A stretch of DNA of 64,000 nt from Azolla caroliniana (Eukaryota; Plantae; Polypodiophyta): assembly GCA_043228905.1 (NCBI GenBank), contig JBHGNT010000004.1:22816001-22880000 (forward strand), given 5' to 3'. Below the pieces are notes generated by a model. It saw only the letters and a list, made by a program, of their open reading frames with translations, had not been told where the DNA came from and ran no database searches. The first letter of the stretch is position 1; the number at the start of each line of letters is the position of its first letter. The position numbers and the translations under genes were made by a program. Below, piece after piece: positions 13,601-26,766 of the stretch.

Positions 13601-16600
13601 AGAATATATCAGATTTTGCATGACAAGCAACCAAAGGGTAATATTTTACGTCCAGACAAGGTTCGCCTTATAAAATTCCTGACACCAAAATTTAAGTTCA
13701 TTAGCGATTGTGGCATAGATTATGATCTGATCTTTATCTTCATTTGCATGCCAGCTGAGATCTGGAGCTGTACGTTTAGAGCTTGCATTGTACTTAACAA
13801 GCATAAAACAGTATGATGATGCTCAACTTGCATCTAGTCCGTATGTTTCTATCTCTACGATCCTGTTTTCTTTTTCTTTGGGAATGCAAATTGATATTAC
13901 ATTATTTAGGAATATTGATTGGCTAGATTTTGATAAGTAATTCTTCAATGTATATCTTATAGATAACTACCTACAGCCAAATAACCATAAACAATTTCTT
14001 ATTGTCAATCTCATGGATAGTATCTTTGTGTATGTTCCTAAGGCTGTAACGTAGACAATTATTTGTTCTCCTTGGAGTTTTTGTATGGCTAAATAAGAAT
14101 TTATTCCAATAGATAAGGTAGGAATACATTCTCGAGTATTCAAAAGGCACACTCACCTGGATGCTCGACGAGCTGGTTCACAAATTTGAACCTTAATTTG
14201 TATTTGTGGTTTCACATAATACTTCTAAATTGTATGTATATACAAGTCTGGAAACCTTTTCCGCCCCTCATCTGTTCTTCTTGTTCTAAATATGTAAGCT
14301 ACAATGAAAACCTTATTCCAAACAAGGGTAGTATCGAGAGTATGTTTCCCAATAAATTTATAGGTGAGGTAAGAAGATACGATCTTCCTTCTGCAATGAA
14401 AAACCTTATTCAGAACAAGATTAATATCAAGAGGATGTTTGCCAAGCAATGCATAAAGATGGTGTGGTAAGAAGACTCTGAAAATGTATTTCCCAAATAC
14501 CTTTTCAGCATTGATATGTAAGCTACATATGTAAGAGAAAGTATGCAAGACTCTGAAAATACCTTCTCAGTGTTTTGCATACTTTGTCTTATGCGAGGTT
14601 TCATGGTGCTTGCACAGTTACGATTTGTACAGAAACTTTTCTGCTTATTCTGACTTCATATTTGACATATCTTAATACAAGACCTAAGAGAGCTCATGCT
14701 ATTTGGTTTAGTAACTCACATGAAAATTTGCTGCATTCATTTGAGTGAAATTGTTCTTATTTTATTTGAGCTTTTTGGAAGTGTTGTTTTATGGCCAACC
14801 ATTTATTCAATGGTTGTCAGGTTCTTAGGGATCCCTCCATATCGAGATCATGCTGTTGCGAATTTGATCCATGGTCTAATATATTATCATCAGTGGTGTG
14901 AACTCATTGCAAAAGAAGTTGACGCAACTGTAGATATGAAGGTTCATGGGCATGTGAGGATCGAGCAGGTCAACATCAGTGAAGGCATGGGTGAGAATGA
15001 GGGGATGTTTAGTCATAATTCTATTCAACGTGATCGCAACAGCAATGGTGAATACTCATTTGGATCAGATGTTGATGTTTTGTCACAAAGCGTTTCAACC
15101 TTTCATGCCGATCTTCACAATCCTTCTATTAAGCAGGGATGTGATGAGAAAGAGGAACAAGCCTTTGGGCAAAGTGATAGTGTTTCAACATTTGATTTCA
15201 ACTCTTGTGAAAGAAATGTTTCTACCAAGAGGACAAAGGAAATGGTCTTTGATGCAAATGAAGAAAACCAGTGGAATTTCTATGATGAAGGAGAAGATGA
15301 TAAGAAGAGGAGCTATATAAAGGAAGCAAAAGTTATCTATAATCAGAGTACGTCTTTATTTCAAGATGTCCTGCTGTTTGTCTAATGACACAAAGCCTTT
15401 GGTTGTGTTTCGGTAACATGTTCCCTTTTCCCATTCCTTTTTCAAGCAGGCCTTGATCGAAACCTTTTTCCATTTCAATCGTCCAGACTATGCATAGGTG
15501 AAGTTTATGCTGTATCTATGCAAACAGTTGCATCAAAAACTCTCCATAATAATGCTATCAAGTATCTACGTAAAACATTGTCATTAGACAATAACACAAC
15601 ATCCGCGTTGCTGCCTCTGATCCAGGTTTCAAAATTTCTTCTATTTTCTTGTCTTTGGTGATTGATTTTCTTTACTTCTGTTTCTTCTCTTCTGATTCCT
15701 TGGAAATGGATGATCGTAGCTCTTGCTTGCAGGAGGTGATGTGGAAGGTGCCTTTGAAGAAATCATGAAATGCTGTGAAGGATCAAAACATTCTATTCCA
15801 TATAGGTTTTTGAATCAATATACTGATCACTCTACTATGAACTCAATAGTTTTCTAGAACTGTATCTGCTGGCATATGCACCTAGAAATGTTTTCTTTTA
15901 GTCTGATCCCTGTATACTAGGAGATGTTGAATGGTATTTGAATATGATTAGAATATTACAGATATCGAATGTACAATGTCTCGATTAATATTGGAAATTT
16001 ACCAGAAATAGTTGTAAACAAAATATTGAAGTGGTAGTTACAGCATGCAAGAAAATGGGATCATGGATTACCAACACTATGTAGGTACAAAGCTGAGGCT
16101 ACGAAAGAAACAAGTTTCAAACATATTGAGGGGAAAATTAGATAGTTGTACTCATAGGAGATGGGAAATAAAGATCACAAAATGCCACAAAGTCAAATAA
16201 GCATACATGCAGCTGCCAAGAAGTTTCAAAACCAAAGTTTCTGAACTGTTGCAAATATACTTAAGTATATTCAAACAACACTTTTCAAGCATCCATCTAT
16301 TATAACTTGGTTTTCTTGTTACCAATTTTGAACTCTAAAAAGAGTTGTAATCACTTAATATCTGTGAGAGTGAGCATTGAAACTGTACTGAGAGATCCAA
16401 TGATATCCTGTCTTTCTTTGCACTTACCTCACTCTCAGTTGAGAACCCTGACGGTTCCACCACAACATGCACATATCCACCTTATTAACTCAACAATGGG
16501 TGAGCATAGAGTGGATATGTGCAGCAGATCAGGTTGCTCAAGAATTGGTTCACCTCTTCAGAATCTCATCTTGTGGAGCCTTCAGTGTGAATTCAAGTTT

Positions 16601-18693
16601 ACCTTTGCTTCTCCAATACACTGTTCATACCTATTATTCTATCTCCATTCCCACCATTTTCTTAGAAACCTCAGTGATTGCTCCCTTTAGAGCTAACATG
16701 TTGAAAACAGTTGAAGTTTAAAGGCGTAATCTAATGGGGGTGGAGGACTAAAACATGCCACTTAAGGACCCTACTTGGACCTTTGAGAAGTTCTGTTAGC
16801 TAGGTTTGAACCCTGATTTTGTTTCTATTATGGTAGTGCAAATCAGATCCAGACATTGTATATGCATGTCTAATATTGTTGATATTATTTTTTGTAGCCT
16901 TTGTTCCACACTGTAATTCTTCTTCTCATTCTCCCAGTGTTGTAAACTTACAGTTTGGTATTTTTCAGAATTATGTGCTCACTTTTGGAGTCATTGACAC
17001 CAAAGAACAGGGAAATGCTAATTCATTTCTATGAAACACTTGTGGAGATAGATCCTGCATATACCCATGCAGTTGAAGGACTCATTAACATGCACAACAC
17101 TGGTGAGATATTTTCAATCCTTTAAACTTTTGCAGGTGTAAAAGGTGGATATTCAATGATCATTTATTTTGTTTCCGAGGAACACTGTATGCAACCTGAC
17201 TGTGTTTCTTTCATATTAAGAATAATTATCTATCCCATATTGCCTTCTGGCATATGTTAAACATTGTCAAGTACAAATCACAGCATAACATATAATTGTC
17301 ATTGTCATTTGTCCATAATTCTATTTTAATAGGCCTCAAAATGATCAATTGTCACTAGGGGGAATACAATAAACTAGTATATAAAAGATACAATCATTTT
17401 TTGCCACTTCTTTCCAGTGCCACCCTTGTTCGTCTTGATCTTCTCCCCTTTGTATGTATGCATGACATGACAATATTTCTGTATATAAGATCAAAATGGA
17501 ATCTGTCCATCATTGCCTGTGGTAAGTAACTTTAATGTCGTCAAAACCATAAAAAAAATTATATAGATCAAAACATTGATTTAAGAATCAAGATGTTTGG
17601 CATCTATATGTGTCTACAATTATAGTGGCATGCATCTCTCCTTTGTCCACTTTTGATTAAGAGTTTTGCTCCAAAAAGTATAGAGAGGTTAGAGAGAGGT
17701 TTTTTATTACTTTCCTCTCCTTACATCCTCACACATACATCGAATGATAATGGATTCAACCATCTTGAAAAGGTGGATATACGACTGAAAGTTTGTTGCA
17801 CCACTTATCCTTGCATTTGGATGGTTGTCCGGGATCTCTGCTGGTGTGGAAGAAACTAGTGCTTAGTTTTCAGAGATTGAAGAATGTGAAGTGTGATGAT
17901 ACACCACTCTTGTTTTTACAAGAGGAAGTATATGATGCATGGATCATTCGTGAACGGTGGTGGCCCAATAAGCATTTCCGAATTGATCAAATCCAAGAGG
18001 AATCGAAAACCATGGGTGAGTTGTTTTTCTTTTTCTTTCTATGATATGATTTGTTTATTGGTTTGTTGATTGATACTTCTGTCTTTGGATTATATATATA
18101 AAGGGATGTTTGTTGGAAATCTATGGCCCCATTTGTTCTCATTTGATTCACAAAATACCCCATTTAAAAGCTTGAAGAAGCTGCCAAACTGTCTTCTACA
18201 ATTTCTTTTTCTCTCTCTGTGCAATCTCTCTATTTCTCTGCCTTTCGGCAATTGGGGGAGAGAGAGATTGCAGCAAGAGAAAGAGGGATCGGAAATTTTT
18301 TGAGGGAAGGCAGGGATTTTGGGGGATTTTTGAAAGTAATTATGGAATGTAATGAAAGAAAAGGGGTAATAAACAATTACACTCGAGTTGTATAAATATA
18401 AATATGCAAGATATGAAGTCTAGATGACAAAACGAACATGGAAATGATGATGATGATGATGATGTGTGTGGTCCATTGTAGGTACTCTATGGATTGTGTA
18501 TAAAGCAGCAGCTGCTGCACATATCTTTGGTTCATCTATGGGTTATGTTTATGAAGTCGAGAAATATCTGGAGATGTGTCGGAAGCGCAATCGCATACGG
18601 AAGCTAAGGAAATATGTTGAATCTGCTTTCGATCTGTTTCCTTACCTTAGAAACAGGTGCATGGAGGAAGATATTATGTGTGAATCATCATAA
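10676..18693 (+). CDS. TAF1A: TATA box-binding protein-associated factor RNA polymerase I subunit A-like (plant TAF1A family), 9 exons, 656 aa
   Basis: Exons 10676-11062, 13541-13660, 13755-13840, 14821-15347, 15450-15625, 15720-15805, 16969-17102, 17773-18015, 18482-18693; all GT-AG, phases consistent, 1971 nt. Recognised motifs: LILRHLWHQAAGVLSVLL, RLELALY, NLIHGLIYYHQW, SALLPLIQLLLAGG, ESLLHHLSLHLD, WIIRERWWP..HF, YKAAAAAHIFG. Confidence 0.8.
11118..11126 (+). promoter_or_regulatory. Telo-box (AAACCCTAA) near the start of TAF1A-like intron 1
   Basis: Exact match; telo-boxes are enriched near plant ribosome-biogenesis genes; function here untested. Confidence 0.35.
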
Positions 18694-19813
18694 AAGGACT
18701 AACGTTGATAATAATCTACACACATTCTATGCTTTTCTCTCCATTTCCATCTGTGTCTTTCCTTTTTTACATAATAATTAGTTATTTTTAAATATTTAGA
18801 GGTGAGAGGATGAATTTGAGTGAAAATGAAATGTGGGTATTTGTGTACAAATGTTTTTATTTTAACTGTTTAGGTAAAAACAGATTAAAAAGAAGATCGA
18901 GAGTAAATGTTAGGTGTCTGGAGATAGAGAGAGGGAGATAGAGAATGAGTGTGTACACAATCAATTATTAATTAGTGAAAGAGAGTGACTTGAAGAAGAG
19001 TGTTTCAAGCCAAAAAGTTTATCGTGTGTGTACGAATAATTATGAATTCGTCACTCATAACAAATTAAAGGCATGATATAAAGTAGGGTGCAAAGGAAGG
19101 CATGTTTTAATTAGTGAATGAGAGCGACTTACATAAGAGACAATAGTGAATGTGAGGATTGGAAGCGAATTGAGCTGATGAGGAACTTATTGATGTAGAG
19201 GGTGTTTGTGTAGTTGCTATAAGTTTCGATATTTATTAAATATAGTTCCTTCCCTAAATCAATGTAGTTCCCATCGTGATGGATATTGAAACGATCATGT
19301 CATGGCAAAGATTTGAGTAATGGGTTCGATCTTGGTGTGATTTTGTGTTGTGAAAACTGGGACCACATTGACTCTTAAGTATTTGTGACCGTAGTTATCT
19401 TGGTTACGAATGGAACTAAATTATCTTATGAATCAATTGATACTAGCAAGTGATTTGAAGTGTATACCATTTTGACAATTTCAATTGTGTTGGTGAGTTT
19501 GCTACTATTACTACATGAGATGAGCCTAAGTTATCATAAATCTAGGTATCCTTCAATGCTTCAAGGTTACCCTTTTTCATTTTTTCACCTTGTCTTTTCT
19601 TACTTTTCAAAATTCCCAACATTATACAATGTTTTATTGTCAACGCTTTAAATTCTCATACCCACACATACTCAACTATCGTCATTGATAGGGATATTCA
19701 CTTCAGGATTTTTTGGTATATTTCCTCTTTGAGCTTACATCAATATTAGTAAATGTGCCTAGAATTGAAGAATTGTACCCAAGATAAAACTACCTCTCAC
19801 TATGTATCATGTT

Positions 19814-19913
19814 ATATCAAAACTACCCTTGTTAAAACAAGAGGTGTAGTGAGTTATTGCTATAGAAGGGAGTGACTAAGCTTTCACTTTACTAAGAGAA
19901 CAAGCAAGCTTTC

Positions 19914-19950
<37 letters not shown>

Positions 19951-20131
19951 ATTTGAGTGTGTTCAAAACTTAGAGAGAGACCAAGGCATTAAGCATGTGA
20001 GTTGAAGATGAGGCCTTAGACAATGTGTTTGGTCATAAGTTGAGATTATCATTGAACTACATTAATTGCAATGCTTGTTTTATCAAGGGTTAAATTCATG
20101 TTATCATTATTGGTAAGGGTGGTTTTGATAT
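19814..20131. repeat. Small inverted-repeat-bounded element (possible MITE or LTR relic) containing (GA)n
   Basis: ATATCAAAACTACCCTT (19814-19830) vs AAGGGTGGTTTTGATAT (20115-20131), 16/17 reverse-complement match; no clear TSD. Confidence 0.35.
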
Positions 20132-23100
20132 TGTCCTTAATATTTCCCTTGCAAATCATAAACATGTTCTGGCAATCTATTAGAATGTGCTAATTTCCTA
20201 AGATAATATATAGCTAGATTTTCTTTGGATCAACAATTTTCCAATTAAGCACAAGAATCAAGAATATGAATTGGGTTAGGTCAATGATATAAATAATGAA
20301 GTGAAACATGAATGATATAAATATTGAGTGTTTAACAATTTTGGGTTGGTAGTGATGTGTTCCTTAAAAATAGAAGCGAGAACATGACATGTCTTTCATA
20401 GAAAACTAATCACATGCTTGTTCGACTAATCATAGAAAAGCTAGGCTGTATTTAAAAACAAAATTCTATTAATCATTGCAATCTTGCTTGGGTAATGCAA
20501 ATTGAGTTTTTTCTCTAGCTAAATTTTATTTCAACGTAAACATTAACTTTTGTACATGTAACAATACAAATGGTTCTAATGTCAATCATGTCTTTGCTCG
20601 ATTTTGTGAATGTAACCAATCATCCAATCCTAATGCCCATCAACGTAACAATTTGACTTTGAAAACGCGAGAATTGCCATTATGCCATTCATCTATTATC
20701 AATCTATTCGATAACATATTTATTTCATTTCTTGTGCCTAAAAAGTACTGTAAAAGAAATTTGATTAAAGAGAGCATTAATGTATTAATTCTTAGAGTAC
20801 AAGGCAATTTTGGCATGTAGATTGTGTACTATGTGATAAATTTGTATCATTGTTCATGTTACACACAATTTCCTTCTATCTTCATTGAGCAAACAATGAT
20901 ATAAGGATGGAATGTTAGGATCCTATTGAAACGTGAGCATGGGATCCAAGCTAAGGTGCGTAGCCTCTAAAAATTCAGTTGGGCGCGTTTCTTTAGCAAA
21001 CCAATTCATTAATGTACTATTAAACCATTTTTTGTTTACACGTAATGATATACAAGATTGGGTTGTAACTTACGCTACCAAATCATATGCCAAATGTTTC
21101 TTTGGCTATGTTTTAGAGTTCAGATGAAAGAAGTAGCAATGTAGAATCAGATTTAGGATATCAACAACCTGGGATCGCACTTCTGGGTTTGAAGAACAAA
21201 ATGAACCCTAGGCCATGATATTGATATCCTTTGTGCAATAAAGATGGTTTTTCCTTATTAAAATGGAGGATAAAGGCATATGATTTCTCATGTGCAACAA
21301 AAGCATCGTCCTAATTCCCAATTCACATGAATTGTTGAACTTTTAGTTTCAACTTTTTTGAAGGTTCCCGTCCCTTCTCTTGTGAAGTGCATTTTATTTC
21401 TTCGCCATGTTCTAAAAAAGTAACAATGATGGGGAAGGTTATCGCCCCCCCAGCCCCAAAACAATATGAGTACTCACACTATTCAATTAAAGGCGTATTG
21501 AAATTTAAATTCGATATATGTGCTGGTGATTTGCTTTCATGAAGTCGTCATATTTCATTCTATCTTGATGTGAGTTGTGGTTAAGTAAATTATTTTGGAA
21601 TTACTTTGGGTACTTTACATGAAAAGTTCCCTTTATTATTGCCAGTTGGACCAAACCCAAATTTTGCATTCATCCATCACCAACAATTCAAGCTAGTTAT
21701 CAAATCTTTTATATATATATATTAGGCATCGATTGGATTGCCATGCCAAGGTTTTTGGAGTGTTCCTTATTTTCATAAGCTTACTTCAATCCCAACAAAT
21801 ATGCAAGTTGGATCAAGTTTAGTTCAAGTCCCAATCTTTTCAATTTAGTAAATTGCATATGCTAGTGTACATTCGATATAAATGATCAATAACATGGAAG
21901 ATAATTCTATAAACAATATTTGTTGAGAACTACCCTTTGGCACATTGCTTTAAATCAAACATTCCATGTAGTAACACAACTTGGATTTAAAAGTTGTAAC
22001 TTTGTACAGTGCACACAATAGAATAAACCATAGAGTATGGATGGGTATTCGAATGAACAATTGACTCTTTCATATCTTGCACGTAGTATGATAGGCTTGT
22101 TAATTGTGCAACATAGCACATCCATCACCACATGATGGATGTCTACTAAATCTCAATTGAAGTTTAAATGCATTAAGTAGCTTAGTGTTATATACAACTA
22201 ATTCTAATGTTTCAACACAACCACAAAAATAGAACCTAATTAGTCTAATGAAAATTATGAAATGGTATCTCACTAATACATGATTAGGATCTAATTTATC
22301 GTATGGTATACCATCAAAACTTGAAAATTGTTAAAAACGAAATTTCAAATTCTTTCATTGAATAATGAAATATAAAATTTGTTGTAGTAATGAAGATCTG
22401 TATGTTACATTGATTGGTGACAAAGTGCTCGCAAACTTAGCAACTTTGTTGAACTTAAATTAATCACATACTTAAGGAACATTAGAGCATATGATATGTT
22501 TATAGAATATGTTAACTCAATAAAATGTATACTCTAATGAGAGAATTCACAAGGGATACATTGACTTTGAGATAAACAATAAGTATATTATGCTAAGGTC
22601 AATTTGGAATGTAGGAGTCAAACTTGTTCAATAATGCAATGTTATACATGTACCTAGATATGAACACATTTAGGGATATAATCCCTCTTATCCCAAGTTG
22701 TAGAGGATTAAAGAATTGTAATAAGGTATAAAAGATCTTCATCAACAAACTGATAATGGTTTCTCATCTTTGCATGCTTCATTTGTTAGATGTAATGCAG
22801 TCAAACTTTTAATTGGTAGAGTGATCCATAAGGATTTTCAATTTCTTAACAATCAATGTGTTTATCAAATATGGGGTCTTATTTATCAGCTACGTGCTAA
22901 TTCTATGCACCCACAATTTTTTATTATGTTCTTTGTAGGCAAGTTCATGCATATGGTTACCACTTTTATGCGTAATATTCATTATGATTAAGGGTTTCGA
23001 GCTTAGAAGAAACCACTCATGCCATGGTGGTTTGCGTTGGAAAAGGAGCACATGTGATGGGATTCCCTCTTTATTGTTTCAAAATACCAACATAGTTCCA

Positions 23101-24884
23101 AGACACCTTAAATGAGTCTCGATCATCATGAAAGGCCGTGTCTGCCCTTTGGGTTGATGAAGTTGCATTATGTCCTCTTATCAAACCTAAACAAACCAAC
23201 CAAGCAAACAAATCTCTTAAGAGTTTTCCTTCTCCCACCATTTAAGAGAGCAAGACAAAGGTAGCACCTCTACTTGTAAATAGTCTTATTGAAGGTGATT
23301 ATCTTACATATACCAAATTAACAACATGAAAAACATGTTGCCAATAAGTTACAATGTTTTGGGCCGACGTAGAACCCAAAATTGTCATTAGCCAATCACA
23401 ATTCACAATATGTCATGCTGAAGCTAATATACATGTTGAATGTGAAGGAATGACAACTTTCTCATTAAAGAAACCCATGATCTAGATCAAGCAAATACAA
23501 ATACATATCCAAGTAATACACACAATCCGTCCTCTTGCATGAAAGCATAAACTTTGTAGGATTCAATTGCTCGTTTCGTGAAAATCCAACATCATTGGAA
23601 TCACATAATTGATATTTCCATCACATCCAATTCCACCCCTTTTAAGTGCATTTTTGCACATTGAAAAATCTTGATTCTCCACTCCTCCTTAGGATGAAGT
23701 CATCGTTTGTTTTCCTATAATTGAAGATGAATAGACATGCAATGTTTTCATGTTTGATAGCCAACATGATATGTGTGCCATCTCATTGAATGCGAGGATT
23801 CATTTTACAACAATGCATGTCATTACTTCAGTTGACTATTAGTCATTCATTAGAAGCAATAGTTATTTATTCAATTGTGATTAATCTGTTTCCTAGACAT
23901 TCATTTTCTGTGGCTCTTGGATTTTCCTTGGTCAAGAGATTGAATTTTCTTTCGTGTTGTAAAGGGTTGGGTCACAAAGGATCAAAGGAAGTGTTCATGA
24001 TGGCGTGTCAGAATTACCATGGGTCGAGGAAAAAAGGGCGTGGTAGGTTGCAACTTGCAAAGAGGTAAGGTCTAGACGGACCAATCGTGGGAATGTACCA
24101 ATCCTTGGAGACGTAGTCTTATATAAGTACCCTCAACATGTGGTCCATTTTTGGGACTAATCAATACATTACATTTACGAAAAAAGAAAAGAAAAAGAGT
24201 TACCCTAGATATATTGGGAGATAGGAGAGACATCTCTAGTCTCTCCCTTTTTTGATATGAGACTATAATTTTATAGTATTCTGCGAAACCATGGAGCATA
24301 TCTTGGTCTTTTCTTTGGAGAAAGGAAGAAAAGACTCCCAAATATATATCGACAGGGCTTTTCTTTATTTCACTGACATACCTTTACTATTTCTTGGTGG
24401 TCAAGCACGCTTCATTGAGATACTCGTATGATTTCACGTATTCCCCTACCAACCATTGGTTTGAGCCACACACCCAAATATCGTTACACCTTCCATTATT
24501 TCCCTACACATATGTTGTTGATTGAACCATATCCATTTAGAGATGCTCGTACACTTCCGAGCAATTGCCTGTATGACCTAAGACAAGTCACAAGGCCCCC
24601 ACCCAAATACCCTTATGTTTGCTATAGATCGAGCCAAACGCCACCTAGGTACCTTTATGTTGTTAGTCGACCGATCGGATGGGGGCTAAGGCTGAGTCAT
24701 GCATGCTTACGCAAAGTTGCGCACAACCAAGCACATACATACATGTAGTGTGTGGAGAGGAAATCGTAGGGGATGAAGAGACCACCAAATGTTATTGTTA
24801 TTGGTCCCAGTGCTACCTAAGAGATTGAGAAGGAAATAGAGAAAAGTTAAAGGTCTCCCAATGAAACATATTGCTACCTAGAGC

Positions 24885-25465
24885 CCTATAAATTAAAATA
24901 AAACAAAACCGAAAGAAAGAAATTCAAAATAAAAGAAGGAAAAAGAAAGTTCTCGATAAATAAATAAATAAATATGGATGAGTAATAAAAAATAAAAAAT
25001 AAAAAATAAAAAATAAAAAATAAAAAATAAAAAATAAAAAAAGAAACCATAAATAGATAAATTACATACACATAATAAATTGTAATAGTGTGAAATGCAC
25101 ATAAAACACATGCACACCACAATAGATAGATAATAAATAGGTAAATAACGAATTATAAATTTTATTTCGATAGATAATAATAAAAAATAAATAGTTAAAT
25201 AACGAAACATAAATTTTATTTAGATAGATAATAATAAAAAATAAATAGTTAAATAACGAAACATAAATTTTATTTAGATAGATAATAATAAAAAATAAAT
25301 AGTTAAATAACGAATAATAAATTTTATTTAGATAGATAATAATAATAGATTAAAAAAAAGGAAAACAAAGAAAAAGTTAAAAAACAAGTAATAAATAAGT
25401 AATAAATAGTTAGATAAATAGTTAAATATTAAGTAATAAATAATCAATAAGTAGATAAATAAAAT
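24885..25465. repeat. A-rich low-complexity tract with (TAAAAAA)n and a 54-bp minisatellite (about 3.5 copies)
   Basis: Unit AAATTTTATTTAGATAGATAATAATAAAAAATAAATAGTTAAATAACGAAACAT starts at 25157, 25211, 25265 and 25319. Confidence 0.85.
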
Positions 25466-26766
25466 TATGGGGAAATTCAGTCATCCCATGCGTAATAATG
25501 CACGAAATATATAAATATGTTTGTATATTTCTTAGATTTTCTTTTTCTTTAATTAAAATGGGAAATAAGAAAGAAAAAGAGGAGAAGGTGGGCATTTAAA
25601 AAAAAAGACCATTTCCAATCAAAGCCGACTCTGCCTCCTCTGCCCACACGATTAAATGATAGTTAGTGTACTCAATTTTGGTTTTAAATCAAATTGATTG
25701 ATTTCTTACTACATTTTATTGTATTAATGCTCCTCGATTAGGGCGCTCTCACCTCCCCCACCCTAAATCAAATTTGGCTGCTTTCTTTTTACTACACATA
25801 TAGATTTTTTAGTGCCCTAATTTATTTTTCAATCACCTAATTACTCTACGTAATCACAGATTTCTGCTCTTCCTTGTAATTATTTTCAAACAAATTTGGC
25901 TTGATTCAAATCTCTGTGCCAATCTAACTGATGTCTGGGTCATCTGTTTTATTCCATTTTACCTCATCTATCGATTTTCTCCCCAGATTGAAGAAAGAGG
26001 AAAATTAATATTATTAGTACATTAACCCCAATTTGTTTTCCGTGGGGTCCTCTATTTTTTCCACAATTAGGTTTTTCAATCTTTCGTTCCTCACCTTTTT
26101 AACACAAAAATCAATGGATTAGTTCTTCACTTGATTTTTGGGTTCACTGTACATGTGATTGATCTTAGAGCTAGTCATTAAATCTGGAATAGTCCTAGTA
26201 GCATATCATTAACTTGGACCTTAATTCCTATGTTAAGCCAATCTACCCACAATATAATTAGAGAGGGGATTTCACTTAATTTGGGTTATCTGCTCTATGG
26301 GAATGATTGTAACATCGAAGTTAGTAGGGTTAACTAACTTGGGCGATTGGTTAATACAAGATTAGTAGGGTAACTAATTTCGTGTCTTGTGTATTTGGAT
26401 CAATCCAATAGCATTTATCTAGTAAAAAAACAGGCTCTGGATCTTCTTGTTTCATGATTAGTTAAAGAATAAACCTACGTTGGTGGAACAATTTGATTGA
26501 TCTAGGTCCTTTTGATCTACTATTGGTTACATGGATGTTGATCCGAATCTTGGCTGTTCTAAAATAGTGGGATATTTAGTCTTCTGTTTGATTGATTTGT
26601 TTGATGGTATCACCACCCTCGGCATGAATGTGACCACAATATAGGTACTGGAATGTTGGGTCTTCTGATTGATTGATTTAACTTGGACCTTAATCTCTAT
26701 TTAATCATATCTAAGACAGAGTATCGTCAGTGAATTAATTTTTGAAGTAATATTTTGGCGAGGGAT

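Noticed and set aside
16307-16721. ORFs in TAF1A intron 6 as extra exons
   Set aside because: Exons 6 and 7 join in frame with conserved motifs without them
19175-19190. Hammerhead ribozyme core (CTGATGA)
   Set aside because: No flanking stems or correctly placed GAAA core seen
20200-24800. Possible genes in AT-rich stretches (also 42200-45600 and 38000-39800)
   Set aside because: Only short ORFs with no recognisable motifs or exon chains; probably old TE debris that I cannot assign
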